A DNA stretch of 44,186 nucleotides from a virus (lineage: Duplodnaviria; Heunggongvirae; Uroviricota; Caudoviricetes), in the IMG/VR virus record IMGVR_UViG_3300023707_000001; one strand, 5' to 3'. The notes beneath the pieces were generated by a model. It was not told the origin of the DNA, did not search any database, and was given only the letters and a program-made list of their open reading frames with translations. Of the stretch, positions 43,962 to 44,186 are shown in pieces. The position numbers and the translations under genes are program-made. Numbering within the stretch: position 1 is the stretch's first letter; the number at the start of each line of letters is the position of its first letter.

Positions 43962-43963
43962 TT

Positions 43964-44186
43964 TTATCCCTCCACAATTTTGAAATACTCATCGAAGTTT
44001 TCCAACGTATAGCGCGTTCTAATTTTCCTTACGCTGCCGAAGTTTGTTTCAATGGCATATGTATATTCTTCGTCGCTAAGGTATTCGGCTTCATAACAAT
44101 GACCCTTAGTCCAATATTCATTATCGTTTTCAACATATGTCTGCGTGCACTGAACTACGATCTTGTCGCTGCCCGGCTCAGCCATA
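43964..44186 (-). CDS. Hypothetical protein (5' end may lie outside the window)
   Basis: Open to the window edge; CT...EYWTKG..YE...IETNFG...YF pattern. Confidence 0.55.
   Translation of the reverse strand, partial: MAEPGSDKIVVQCTQTYVENDNEYWTKGHCYEAEYLSDEEYTYAIETNFGSVRKIRTRYTLENFDEYFKIVEG

Noticed and set aside
1-44186. Alternative genetic code or stop-codon reassignment
   Set aside because: Conserved genes are full length in code 11 and end in TAA, TAG and TGA; all interruptions are explained by introns.

Overview
This window looks like the replication, recombination and nucleotide-metabolism region of a large phage (or phage-plasmid), probably of an anaerobic Bacillota host. The basis is strong AAGGAGG Shine-Dalgarno (SD) sites, sigma70/SigA-type promoters, NrdG/NrdD-related genes, ThyX and a Firmicutes-type IS200/IS605 remnant. 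No virion genes are visible, so the phage call is inferred from gene content. About 57 genes lie on the minus strand, including primase, Gam-like protein, SNF2 and PcrA helicases, an AAA+/DUF1257/DUF2997 triad, Rad52/Sak, a UDG-fold protein, a resolvase, RecA, GyrA, GyrB, BRO, SSB, ClpX, ClpP, a 3D-domain protein, ThyX and a radical SAM enzyme. Three group I introns can be placed to the nucleotide: one in recA (15909-17499) and two in gyrB (23201-24318 and 24370-25911, separated by a 51-nt micro-exon). Each carries a homing endonuclease of a different family. The strongest candidate for a new system is proteolytic. The element encodes its own ClpX-ClpP pair, and 11 of 57 proteins end in Ala-Ala (the ssrA-type ClpX degron), with 11 more ending in Ala. 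All 22 lie among the 42 genes at 447-37627, and none among the 15 genes beyond 37.6 kb. Two of the three introns also append '...AA-stop' to the truncated protein made from unspliced mRNA. All family assignments come from motif recognition by eye; no database searches were run.
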